NCBI GenBank assembly: GCA_951406725.2
Contig: OX597821.1
Coordinates: forward strand, 28,024,001 to 28,088,000
DNA length: 64,000 nt
Direction: 5' to 3'
Origin: Octopus vulgaris
Lineage: Eukaryota
Shown here: in pieces, positions 40,932-55,757 of the stretch
Numbering within the stretch: the stretch's first letter is position 1
Layout: every line of letters begins with the position of its first letter
Notes under the pieces: model-generated
The model's input: the letters and a program-made list of their open reading frames with translations, nothing else
Database searches by the model: none
Told to the model about the DNA's origin: nothing
Made by a program: the position numbers and the translations under genes

Positions 40932-41308
40932 TACATACATATATATATATATACACATGCATAAATGGGTACAGGACGTCACGAACCGTAAACAACAAGA
41001 AATACGAAAACGACTTTCGACAAGTTGGGAAAACTTAATCCTAAATAGTAATACAGTAGGCTTATCGTTGGTTGCTCATGTAACTTGGTGTACGTGTTTG
41101 AAAATTGTACTTCAAGTCCTTTTGCTCATTGATCTAGAAACAAACTGCCTACCATGACAGTGTTTTGCTTGGAAAAACGTACACTATCATACTTAACGTG
41201 AAATCATGAATGATTTAACCCTTTAGTATATTAAAAAAACGTATAATGCCATCATTTTGAAATTTGATTATTGAAAGAATTAAATAATATACATGATATT
41301 ATGAATAC

Positions 41309-41491
41309 CTATTTCTTTACTACCCACAAGGGGCTACACACAGAGGAGACAAACAAGGACAAACAAACGGATTAAGTCGATTATATCGACCCCAGTGCCT
41401 AACTGGTACTTAATTTATCGACGCCGAAAGGATGAAAGGCAAAGTCGACCTCGGTGGAATTTGAACTCAGAACGTAGCGGCAGACGAAATT
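41309..41491 (-). mobile_element. SINE family D, 5'-truncated
   Basis: Core and tail match the 38733 copy. Confidence 0.92.
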
Positions 41492-42662
41492 CCTATTATG
41501 AATACCGTCCGTATTATACTCAAAACTAGAAGAACTGACAGAGAAAGAAATTACGAAATTTTACTTTATGCATAGTATGAAGTAGCAAATTGAAATAGAA
41601 AGGAGTGAAACAGTAGATATGAGATTGGCATGATCAATTGATATTTTCTATTTGTATTATATGGAAGTACTGATTTACATCACAACATCATTAAATGTGT
41701 TTCAAGGTGGGACATCTCAGAAGGAGTACTTTTACGCATTTCAATTTTTTTATGAGCAAGCAAACTTCGGCATCAATACTGAATTATTTCTTTTGTACAT
41801 ATTGTAATGCAACTGATATAGTTCTTCTTTGCTACTTCAGAACCGAAACTACTAGGCAATTTCTGTTCACCGTAGTATTTTGTTATAATACAGCTTAGAT
41901 AGATTCGAGCATGGTCATTCTGGGGTAAAACAAATGGGATGTATTCATCCTGATTTTGTTTTCCTTATTACGATGTCATAGCTGGAATATAAAAGCGCTT
42001 AGATATCTGTCCACTCGGACATGGCAACTTCTCAATAATTACCGCGTTTCTGGAAATGAAGCAAATGCGTTTCAGCTAATAACTACATCGAATAACTATA
42101 CCCGCCAAGGTGTGTACTGAACAGTAGTTTGGCACTGAAGTAAATAGACTTGGCAAGTTGTTTGGTGTTCCAAAGTGTAAGAATTGATTACGTACATAAA
42201 ACAATGTAAAAATGGGTTTACACCATTTTTACATCATAGAGTCGTTAGATTCACTGGAAGGAAGTTTTATCGATTATACAAAGGTAGGTTTCAGATTTTC
42301 AGAGAGATATACGATTTCCTCAATTTCAAGGTTTGTACACAATTATAGCATCGGTGGTGAGCTAAAAATAAGAACCCCTGCCAATATTCTGGCTGTTGGG
42401 TATACGATCGACTCTTCAATTTAGCCACCCATGCAAATCTATATCGAATAAAATTATTTACTATCAGCAAAATCATGTTTTTGCAGAGATTTTTCCCCTG
42501 AAGACATTCACAACGTATAAATCGATGCAATAGTAAAATAGCAACATTTTCAGCAGATTCTACGCATGCATATACAAGTATATGCATGCGTATATACATG
42601 CATACACACACACTCACACACACACACACACATACACATATATATATATGTATATGTATATT

Positions 42663-42739
<77 letters not shown>

Positions 42740-42975
42740 GCATACATAAATGCATATACATACACAATCACACACACATACACACACATAAACACATATA
42801 CATAGTTATATATAGTGTGTGTGTGAAAGTCTGGTTTATTCCTCATCAAGCAGGCACTCCATGCGAACCCCTGGCTAACCTTTGAAGCAAGTAATCAAAT
42901 TTCAACACATATACTAGTGCAAGAAGTGTAGATGCTTATCACTGGTATAATTGGTGCGTAAAATTCTCCTTATAT

Positions 42976-43014
<39 letters not shown>

Positions 43015-43289
43015 CACACATCAAGGAACTAGAATAAGATTCAAAGCAATGTAAGTCGATTTTTCTTTACAATTGTTTCAGTATTATTCCCTTTAGAAAC
43101 ACATAACACGGAAATGATTATACATGAAGGAATATGCGATATCTGTAAAATATTACACATAGTCAAATATGCTGGGGTAGCACATCATCAAACTAGCACT
43201 ACAGTATACTAGAACTATACGTGGTGCATGCATAAACAAATAACAACAGCAACAACAACAACAACAATATTATCAATAACAACAAGAAT

Positions 43290-43580
43290 ATGCGCTACAT
43301 TAAGAGGGTAAAGGTGGGCGTGGGTTGATTAACCGTACGGGAGTGCATCGACAGTGAAAGAAGAAACATGGCAAAATAATTGGTTAAGTGGAGGCAAGAA
43401 CTGTTACAGTATGCTGCTAATACCGGAGGATTTACTAAAAATGGACTTGAGAGTGCTCATGAATTCCGATCACGAACAGCCAACGAGAGAGAAGAAACCC
43501 TACTCCGCATGGAATTACATCGTCAGTTCTCTCAAGAAACTAACAATTTAACGGACGAGGAAGTTCTCATGGAGGTGGCA
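43290..43580 (+). mobile_element. R4/Dong-like LINE fragment (post-RT region)
   Basis: Decayed YIKR..GGRGLI followed by VRECIDSE, then REETLLRMELHRQFSQET (LHGQF-like); starts directly after an (AAC)n tract. Confidence 0.6.
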
Positions 43581-43648
43581 CCACATATGCTATATAGTAG
43601 ATGTTACAAGCCACTTTGACCCAGGAATAGTCAAGAAGGTAGGTGAAA

Positions 43649-43690
<42 letters not shown>

Positions 43691-43962
43691 AGAGTTTACG
43701 AAGAAAACAACAAATGACGAAGACAAGTGGTGTAAAAAACAAACAGATGTATATATATATATATATATAAATATATACATGCGTCAATGTTTAGTTAGTG
43801 TGTGGGGGGATACCTGTAATATTTGTATCTTCTGTTTATATACGTTCGTGTACTTTGTTTTTGTTGTTGTTGTTTTTCTATTCTTATTTTGTTCATGTGT
43901 TTACATCCACTTATTATTATTATCATTATGTATGCTTGTATGTATGTATAACAACAATACTA

Positions 43963-44017
<55 letters not shown>

Positions 44018-44344
44018 TAATAATAATAATAATAATAATAAATCAAGAAAAAATGTACAAAACAGCCTGACCATGGGAAATGAAGAACGTGGGTTATTGG
44101 GAATAGTATCAGAATGAATCAAGAGGAATATCAAGGAATATGGAATAAAGTGCATATTTGCTAATGTTCAAAACGTAAGTTCTTCATTGAAAAGTAAGAG
44201 AATGAAAAGAGCCAATGAATTAATTAAGCAAAAGATGCACATACTTGAATTGACAGACATGCTCGCATGTTAAAACAGTATGAAAGCAACCGGCTAAAGC
44301 ATAATTTCGCTACTGATGAAAATGTGTTGATATTTCTTAAATAC

Positions 44345-44763
44345 TATACTCTTTTACTCTTTTACTTGTTTCAGTCATTTGACTGCGGCCATGCTGGAGC
44401 ACCGCCTTTAGTCGAGCAAATCGACCCTGGAGCTTATTCTTTTGTAAGCCCAGAACTTATTCTATCGGTCTGTTTTGCCGAACCGCTAAGTGACGGGGAC
44501 GTAAACATACCAGCATCGGTTGTCAAGCAATGCTAGAGGGACAAACACAGACACACAAACATATACACACACATACATACATATATATATACATATATAC
44601 GACAGGCTTCTTTCAGTTTCCGTCTACCAAATCCACTCACAAGGCTTGGGTCGGCCCGAGGCTATAGCAGAAGACAATTGCCCAAGATGCCACGCAGTGG
44701 GGCTGAACCCGGAACCATGTGGTTGGTTAGCAAGCTACTTACCACACAGCCACTCCTGCGCCT
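44345..44763 (-). mobile_element. SINE family A, full length
   Basis: Colinear with the 30642 copy. Confidence 0.95.
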
Positions 44764-45570
44764 ATGAATTATATTTTGGTATACTAACTTGAACAAAGAA
44801 CTTGAATCGATACAAAAACATTTTTAAATGAAATTCAGGAGGGAAAAAAAAATCTTCAATGTATATATTTTAATCTTAGAAATCATGGAAAATGGAGACT
44901 GGAAAAGAAACGAGAATTATGAGATTTATCGGTTATAGTACATCAAAAACATTAATCCAACCGATAAAGAGATTAGCTAATGTCACATCCTGAACGAGTT
45001 CCGAAATCTATTTCAGGTTCCAAAATTGAGAATTGCATCCACTTAATATATATATCAGTCTGTCGTTTTTCCGTTTGTATATATGTACATGTGTATATAT
45101 GCCAATGAATCAATTTATGTAAGAAGTTTGCTTTTCAACCATATACTTCTAGTGTCAGTTCCACTGCAGGGCACATTGAACTGGTATCTCTTACTATGGC
45201 TCCAAGGCGACCCAATCCTTGTGAGAAGAACTGATAGAGGTGTGCAGATAGAAACCCGTACTTTCATTAATGTATATGTGTGCATATCTATATATGTGTT
45301 TATAAGTTTACGACCTTCTTCTGCACCGCTTGTGAACCGATTTTGGTTTACGTCACTGTAAATTAGCAGTTCGAGAAATGTAGCGGATAGAATCACTACC
45401 AGTTTTAAAAGAAAATGAAATTACAATTGACTAAATATCTAAAAGGTGGTGCCCCAACTTGGCAGCACTCCTGTACCTGAAAAAAGTTAAGAAAACACAC
45501 ACATACACACACACACATACACACATACATATACACATACACATACACATACACACACATATACACACAC

Positions 45571-45613
<43 letters not shown>

Positions 45614-45691
45614 CATACATACCCATTTCTGTATGTAAAACACATATAAACATACATACCCACACATACACGCACTCATAATATTATATGT

Positions 45692-47770
<2,079 letters not shown>

Positions 47771-48106
47771 ACACACGGAAATGTCGGTGCATGGTAATTA
47801 GGGATACAACACTGTTAAATAATTGCCAATCTATTATCACGAAAGCATACTGTTTGTAAATTAAGAGTCAAATAAGCAAATGAGCAGAGGTGTTGATGAA
47901 AGTGAGACATTAGTATACTCTGTTTACTTATTGTAAATTTGAAAACTAGTCTTCATGACAAAATTATATACAGTGTTATCAAAACACACGTAAACAAAAA
48001 GCCACACACTCATGCACAGAAATACACTAGTACATGTATGCATACTTACACGAACAGCTCTGTATATATATATATATATATATATGAATATATATATATA
48101 TATAAT

Positions 48107-48206
<100 letters not shown>

Positions 48207-48448
48207 TTAGGGAATATTACTTTCGCGTAAACAGGAAGATGTCATTCAACTTAGATGTGCAAAAATCATCTCTCAATGATTAATATCTTTAATACATTTA
48301 ATTCGTATATATAAAAGTAATTTTAGAGAGAGAACCACCTTCAAATCAATCAACACTGCAAGGTTTTATACTCACCACTCCATAAAATGTTAAAAATTAA
48401 ATCTTATGCTAACTATATCTATTCTGAATCTTGTATTTTCCGTTTATA

Positions 48449-48548
48449 AGACTACACGTGTTTCATGGAAGTACGTCGGTATTGATTAGATACGAGGAAT
48501 CTAGTTTCAATACTTATTCGGGTTGACATACTCCCAATATTCAGGTCT
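48449..48548 (-). ncRNA. Type I hammerhead ribozyme motif with one core substitution
   Basis: Minus strand AGAC CUGAAUA U UGGGAGUAUGUC...GACGUACUUCCA U GAAA CACGUG UA GUCU: 4-bp stem I, 12-bp stem II, palindromic stem III, G8 changed to U. Confidence 0.75.
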
Positions 48549-48717
48549 GGATTCCTCAACATTTTCCACTACAACGATCTCTTATATACTTCCATAATAC
48601 TCTATATCTTCAATATAATACTACTTAACATGTACAAATGACTAGAAATACAAATAATAAATAAAAATGATAACTGAAAATTAAAAATTTATTTAATATT
48701 TGCATTTATATACATAC

Positions 48718-48806
<89 letters not shown>

Positions 48807-48937
48807 AAATTAGAGAATGGAGAAACATACTTAAATCAATAAAACATCAACTATCCGATGATACCCAATCTGGCAGTATATTGGATATATATTATCCCAT
48901 GGTGGGTTGAATTTTCAACCCCTATCTCATTTTATAA

Positions 48938-48976
<39 letters not shown>

Positions 48977-49153
48977 GGCTTAAGAGTTTAAGTACTGGGA
49001 TTAATCAATTGGACTTAAAATTCTGTAACCTGACACCTCATCATGGCCGCAGTCTAATGATCGGAGATAATATACAATCTAAAGATATATGTATGTATGT
49101 CTGTATGTATATATGTATATGTATATATATATATATAGGGACAACGGTTTACA

Positions 49154-49480
49154 GTGAAAAGCAACTTCACATGTGCTTCGGAGAACCTAATATACTCACT
49201 AACCTGCTCCGGGTGTCAAGAGCAGTACATAGGCCAAACAAAAAATGGTTTGCGTAAACGAATGGCCCTGCACAGATCCCAGACAAAAATTCCCCAAAAC
49301 AGAAAAATAGCTTTTAGCCAACACATAGATACTTGCGCCAACAAAAAAACACCAAACTTCAGGATTTTCCCCCTCTACCAATTTAGGGACAATACAACCT
49401 CGAGACAACGAATAAGTAAAGAAAATCTCTTTATTACAAAATACAAGCCACTTCTTAACGGGTCTACAACAAACAATTAA
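49154..49480 (+). CDS. GIY-YIG endonuclease domain of a Penelope-like element (truncated ORF, Neptune-like)
   Basis: FTCASENLIYSLTCSGCQEQYIGQT...LRKRMALHRS...FSQHI...KENLFITKYKPLLN; frame uninterrupted, no RT upstream. Confidence 0.9.
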   Translation: MKSNFTCASENLIYSLTCSGCQEQYIGQTKNGLRKRMALHRSQTKIPQNRKIAFSQHIDTCANKKTPNFRIFPLYQFRDNTTSRQRISKENLFITKYKPLLNGSTTNN

Positions 49481-50133
49481 TATACCTCAACTTTAGAATA
49501 AAAGAAATATATATACACACAAATATTACACTCCATAGAATCCATTACTAATCAGCCCCATCACAGCTATACTTTCACCCATTCATATTCTCCCTTCTCT
49601 GTTTTTTTCTTCTTCTTCTTCCTCCTCTTCTTCATCATCATCATTATCATCATCATCGTCGTCATCATCATCATCACCACCATCATCACCACCATCTTCT
49701 CCTTCTCCTTCTTCTTCTCCTTCTTCTTCTTCTTCTTCTTTCTTCTTCTTCATCATCATCATCATCAACATCGTCATCTTCTTCTTCTTCTACTTCTCCA
49801 CCTTCCACCCCTTAACCTTGTCACTAATGTCTTTCAGTATAACGCCTACGCAAATTCCATAAACAATTCCTGAATTGAACTGAGACTACTGTCAGCCACT
49901 GACCATTCAAAATACGACCATTAAGGCATTCCCAGATTTCCCTACCCCCTCTCCACATCAGCCTCCTTATTCTTCACCTATCGTACCAAGAACTCAAAAC
50001 GACCTCGAACACACAAGTGCAAACAAGGGAGTCAGAGAAAGCAGAATGCTACTTATATCTGAACACTACTACAGAAATATTCTTTTAAAAAACTTTTCTT
50101 CTAATTTTTCTAAATTTAATTATTTAATCGTTA

Positions 50134-50170
50134 CAGTTGAAAAGGTCTCAAAATGCCGAAACCGGTACTG
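50134..50170 (+). ncRNA. Minimal type I hammerhead motif, mutated core
   Basis: CAG UUGAAAA GGUC-UCAAAAU-GCC GAAA CCGG UA CUG; palindromic ACCGGU stem III; CUGANGA box altered at C3 and G8. Confidence 0.65.
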
Positions 50171-50256
50171 AAAGATTCACTATAAAATTATCGTAGCATT
50201 TTCTATTTTTGACTTGTTTTTTCTTATATATCAACTCGTGTGTTCCTTTCCACCCT

Positions 50257-50487
<231 letters not shown>

Positions 50488-50488
<1 letters not shown>

Positions 50489-50830
50489 AAGGCGCATGGC
50501 CCAGTGGTTAGAGCGTCGAGCTTACGATCGTGAGGTTGTGAGCTCGAATCCCGGACCGTGCTGCGTGTTGTGTTCTTGAGCAAGGCACTTTATTTCACGT
50601 TGCTCCAGTTCACTCAGCTGTAGAAATGAGTTGCGACGTCACTGGTGCCAAGCTGTATCGACCTTTGTCTTTCCCTTGGATAACACTGGTGGCGTGGAGA
50701 GCGGAGGCTGGTATGCATGGGCGACTGCTGGTCTTCCATAAACAACCTTGCCCGGACTTGTGTCTAGGAGGGTAACTTTCTAGGTGCAATCCCATGGTCA
50801 TTCATGACCGAAGGGGGTCTGTACCCTTTA
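50488..50830 (+). mobile_element. SINE family B, full length, young
   Basis: A box TGGCCCAGTGG and B-box-like GCTCGAATCCC; nearly identical to 57391-57732. Confidence 0.95.
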
Positions 50831-52275
50831 TATATATATATATATATATATATATCAATACCCTCCCACTCTCTCTCTATCTATATATATATACACAATA
50901 TGATATAATAATATATTAAATACATTATAATATAGGATAGGTGGCTATAATAATTTTTGCCAAAAAGCTAAACTTTATACATGTCGGTGCAAAATAGCAC
51001 CTCTAATTGCTTGAAATGAGAGATATAATTTAACTCGAACAGCCACACAAAAGTACTAGCCTCATGAAATATTTGGCACTGCGTCGCAGTCAGTCACAAC
51101 ATCTTTCATTGGCGAGATACGCTTGAAGAATGAAGTAGTTTGATAAAATGTTATGACAAACAGTTGGTTCTGTTTATGTGTGTGCGTGCGTGTGTGTGTG
51201 ACGTGATAGTTTTCTGTAAAATATGTTATATGTTTAACATAGTAAGGCCGCGGGAAAAAAAATTGAAAGAACGGTTCCGAAATGTAGGTGCAAGCTTCGA
51301 GGTAAACCCCCAGCATAGCAGCAACGTAATCACTGGAAACGAAAGATAAAAGATGAAAGACACATTCACGAATCCATGAGCATGAACATCCTATTGCGAT
51401 TACTATAAACTGATCAGATATTCACAATATTTGTATGCTAAAATATGTTTAAAATTAAATACTGTGTTATTCATAGGTACAATGTGACATATGTATAGTG
51501 GTAAATGTTAATAAAGCCAAACTTTATAAATATATTTGTGCTTTTTCTAATAGAACACATATTGTTATTATTTAAGTGGTCTGTAGTAAATATACCGAAA
51601 AGGAAATATCTTAATGTCAAAGGCTTCTCCAAGAGAAAGATAATTATTATATCATTGGAACAGAAATCTGATACAATAAAATGTCAGAAACGTAACTTAA
51701 AAATGAAAAAAATTATAATCTACTTATATTTTTCTTTAAAAAAGGATAACATTTCAATTTCTGAAACATAATGTACTGTTTTGTATTACTTAAGTAGTAT
51801 AAAGAAAGTAAAAACTATTTATATTTTCTCTCTTATCTGCAACATCGCAATTCTTTATAAAATCTAAATACTCTTCCAGATTTATGTATTGTTCCTAGTC
51901 CCTAAACATAACGGAACTGAAGTTCTTTCACTGATAAGATGCCACAAATTAACAAATAAATATTTAATCATTCAAGCTTATCTTATGTATTAACTACCAA
52001 ACAAAATTCATTTCTTTACATAAGAGTTGAACTATGTCTATTACAGACACATATACCAACAGTGTTTTTATTTATTTATTTACATTGGACAGATATATGT
52101 CTACGATAAGAACAAGACGATTATTTATAGCACGTACAATTAATACATAGAGCGGCTAATGAAAGTTCGACTTTCTCATTTTTCACACAGTAATACATTG
52201 CAGACAAATGTGCTCCAAATGATACTAAACAGTTTTAAATAAAAAAGGATACACTGCATAATGTAGACATTTACA

Positions 52276-52441
<166 letters not shown>

Positions 52442-52589
52442 TATAAATAAAACTATAATTGAAGGTATCTGAGAGACATCACCATGCCGAAATAGCAGTC
52501 AAAACCCTGACTACTAAAAACCACCTAAAAAGTTCATATCGCAGCATGAGAGACAAAATAAACTACCAAAAAGATATTACTGGATAATT

Positions 52590-52642
52590 CAAGATCCTGG
52601 ATTTCTAGCTTTTCTTCAAATAAGCTCTGCTTTCATCAGTTG
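52590..52642 (-). ncRNA. Type I hammerhead ribozyme motif with intact core
   Basis: Minus strand CAA CUGAUGA AAGC...GCUA GAAA UCC-A-GGA UC UUG; AUC cleavage triplet; stems I and II are short. Confidence 0.65.
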
Positions 52643-52885
52643 GTAGTGTCTCTCGGATACCCTTATTTATAGTTGTAAAAAAATTATTACCTTTTTATAT
52701 ATTCCCATGCTGGCCACTTGATAATATCAATATTTAAATATCGATATTATCCTTATTTATAAATTTATACACACACACACATATATATGCATATATATAT
52801 AAAATTGAATAAGAGTAGAAATTGATATTAATCAATTAAAACCAGTGGCCTTGCATATTAAAAAAATCCGAAGATTAAAATATTT

Positions 52886-53307
52886 TTTACATACAAAATT
52901 TAAAGGACTGACCACTAAAAGTGGACAGTCAATATGCAAGTGAAGGCATTTGAAAGATACACATAAATATAATTTGTTGAACTCTATGCATGCGGGATTT
53001 CGGTCAATCGTTCTGTATCTAGTTCTGGAAATTATGTTCGTAAACGACAGACTATGCTTATGATCTTGCAGATGTTCGCGTATACATATACGTGAATATT
53101 AACACGTGAAACTGACTAGTACATACATAGGTAATCGTTTTTTATTTCGTATATTTTCATTTGTCTTGCTTATTTTTTACACTTTGTTTTTTTGCTGATT
53201 TTTTTCTTGAGAACACATTCTTCGTGGAAAATAGCGATTTTGACGTCTATATCTACCATATTGACTGTCCACTTTTAGTGGTCAGTCCTTTAAATTTTGT
53301 ATGTAAA
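52886..53307. repeat. Perfect 51-bp inverted repeat (52886-52936 / 53257-53307) with a 320-bp spacer
   Basis: tttacatacaaaatttaaaggactgaccactaaaagtggacagtcaatatg and its exact reverse complement. Confidence 0.97.
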
Positions 53308-54384
53308 TTTTTTATATAATATATATGTATATATATATATAAATATATTAGATATAGCAGTTTTACAGTGCACCGAAACACAATCAAGAACGTATATCAA
53401 TATGTATTTCGATATTCTTTGTAATGCTCCAATACTAAGGCACAAGAAAGTGAAATACTGTCGTCCGTATTTTCAAACGGTCAATTAAATTATAGATACT
53501 GAAATCGCACATGTGTTATTCGCTATTTCCATCAAATATTTACTATTACAGGCTTACTTAATATAACAAAATAAGTTTTCTGATATTACAATTTTCACAG
53601 AAGAATATTATAATGGTTCATATCTTTCGATTTTGGATGTAAACTTTAATAGTGGAAACAGTAAAATGTTTTTTCTTGATTTGAGACCATTATGTTGCGT
53701 GAAGAAAATTCTCAGAAATACTATGATTTTCAAGGAAGAGTACATATGAAGCCCGACATTGAAGCGGACTTTGTCAATGGTTCATTATTTGGAAAACAGA
53801 GAAGCAGACTTAAATACAACGGTCATGTGTGTCACTATTTTATCTCACTTTGTTTTACAAACTGGTATGAAATCATGATACAACTGCGTTGTTTAGATTA
53901 ATTTAACAATCTCAATAAGTTCACCTGAATATGAAAAATCTTTTGCATTCATGTGTATACATTGAAGTGTAAATTTTAACCTCCACCTATTCGTAGTTAG
54001 CTGAAAGGTCTTAAAAATCGAGAGCTTCTAGATATCACGACAGAACTGCCCTTAGATTGATTCAAACTGAAAGTAAAACGAAATACAAAAATAAGCCGAT
54101 TGTGTATTTAAATTCTTCATAGAATGACTAAACATAACATAATCTGATACGCACACAATAAATCAAAATCAGACATTATTCTGAAAAAGAAACAATAAAA
54201 TATCATTATCTGCAATAAAACTGTACAGACTGCATCCTGAAGAGTGTTATCAAATAACAAACAAGGCAAAGGAGTATCGACTTAGCTTAGAGTGGATCAG
54301 AAAGTAAGAATTCTTAAAATGTTGCCAATAGTGGCAGTCAAAAGCAGAGCAACACAAAAGCGTTTGATCTCCTATTATTTTATC

Positions 54385-54540
54385 TTCACTTGTTTCAGTC
54401 ATTACCTATTTTATTGGCTTCTTTTGACGAGCCCCTAGCTTATGTAAACACACTAACACCAAATGTCCAAGCGGTAGTGGAGGACAAACACGACTACAAA
54501 GACGCGCCTATACATGCACATGCATGCACACATACACACA
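54385..54540 (-). mobile_element. SINE family A 3' remnant, decayed
   Basis: cttgtttcagtcatt...gtaaaca.actaacacc...ggacaaacac blocks. Confidence 0.6.
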
Positions 54541-54549
54541 CACACTAAC

Positions 54550-54601
<52 letters not shown>

Positions 54602-54727
54602 GCACACATACAAGTTTCTTTCAATTCCCATCTCCTTAGTGCACAATCACAACTGCATCTCATTAGCTTTCTTCCCAATAAAGCACGCTAATCTCTCTTT
54701 CTCTCTCTCTCTCTCTTTATATATATA

Positions 54728-54782
<55 letters not shown>

Positions 54783-54784
54783 TG

Positions 54785-55068
54785 TGTCTGGGGAGAGACA
54801 TTCTCTGTTAGTGCCTTATTACTTAACACACTCACCAGTTCGATCTCCATTAAATTAGATAATTTTTTCTAAAGTTTTCTTGGCGCCTAGCAACCTTCTC
54901 AATAGTTGTTGATGAGTTAATAAAAGTCGTTAACTCTTCAAGGACTATTGAAAAGTTTGCAAGAGGCAACGAAAAGGTTAGAAAAAATAAGTAACTAAAT
55001 GAGTGGAAATAGAACCGGCCTGTGTGTTAAATAATTAGGCACTAAAAGGGAATTACTGTCCCCAGACA
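54785..55068. repeat. About 285-bp diverged fold-back inverted repeat between two (TA)n tracts
   Basis: tgtctgggg...ttagtgcct...ttaacaca...ttttttctaa...gcaa.ctt.tcaatagt...ttga.gagttaa is mirrored about 54933. The right end is related in reverse complement to 27081-27200. Confidence 0.88.
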
Positions 55069-55132
55069 ATAAAATATAATTCAAGACACGAATTGACGTA
55101 AAGAATCTTGCAAACCAAATGCAAAAACAAAG

Positions 55133-55216
<84 letters not shown>

Positions 55217-55363
55217 AAAGGAATTCCAGCCTTGTCTGATTTTGACGTTTTATCTACAATCTTATAATGATATAATATAATATAATATAATGTAATATAA
55301 TATAATATAATATAATATAATAAAATATAATAAAATAATATAATGTTAAATGTTCATTCTGAT

Positions 55364-55408
55364 TGAACTAGTATTTTCATGCATTAAATTATGCAATCTT
55401 CAGGTTCA
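55364..55408 (-). ncRNA. Minimal type I hammerhead ribozyme with intact catalytic core
   Basis: Minus strand UGAAC CUGAAGA U UGCAU-AAUUUA-AUGCA U GAAA AUAC UA GUUCA: 5-bp stem I, 5-bp stem II, minimal stem III one change from palindromic AGUACU. Confidence 0.8.
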
Positions 55409-55604
55409 TGTAGTAGTGGTGACAGTCATGCTTCACAATTTTTGACTGTAGCGAGATGGTTAAATCTGTGCCTTAAATCCAGATTGCTAGGTTTTGCAAA
55501 CTGTATTCTGACCAATCAGTGTGTGGTATCACTCAATTACTTAATCTGATTGGTTTAGGCATCATGCTTTGTTGAACATGTCAAGAGTCCTGTATCTTAA
55601 CCCT

Positions 55605-55757
55605 GGCCAAGGCAGCAATTGTTGGGCTGTTTTTAGAAATGTTGTAAATAGCTTTTGTCAGGGATTTTTATATTTCAATTGTCATTGTCATCATCATCAT
55701 TGTCAGTACCTTAATTACAACATTTCTAAAAATAGCCCAACAATTGCTGCCTCGGCC
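55605..55757. repeat. 43-bp inverted repeat (41/43 match) with a 67-bp spacer
   Basis: ggccaaggcagcaattgttgggctgtttttagaaatgttgtaa / ttacaacatttctaaaaatagcccaacaattgctgcctcggcc. Confidence 0.95.

Larger units (their letters stand above)
49137..50232 (+). mobile_element. 5'-truncated Penelope-like element: GIY-YIG end of ORF plus 3' terminal region with hammerhead remnant
   Basis: Starts at a (TA)n tract, carries the endonuclease ORF, has an internal (TTC/ATC)n run and an HHR-like motif at 50134-50170, and ends near a TA/CA microsatellite. Confidence 0.85.

Noticed and set aside
42212-42424. 70-aa ORF with a possible AAG|gtaggt donor
   Set aside because: No family motif, and the length is within chance expectation.
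50488-50560. tRNA-like sequences at SINE heads (also 2386, 9797, 19081, 26729, 57391)
   Set aside because: A and B boxes are present, but each continues into a shared 250-300 bp SINE body and lacks a proper acceptor stem and terminator; not tRNA genes.
53692-53901. 69-aa non-repetitive ORF
   Set aside because: No recognisable motif or convincing splice signals.
54237-54270. CTGAAGA followed by a TGTTAT/ATAACA hairpin as a hammerhead
   Set aside because: No GAAA box, UH site or stem I partner follows.
54905-54950. TTGATGAG at the centre of the large hairpin as a hammerhead core
   Set aside because: No GAAA after the stem; the match is explained by the inverted repeat itself.
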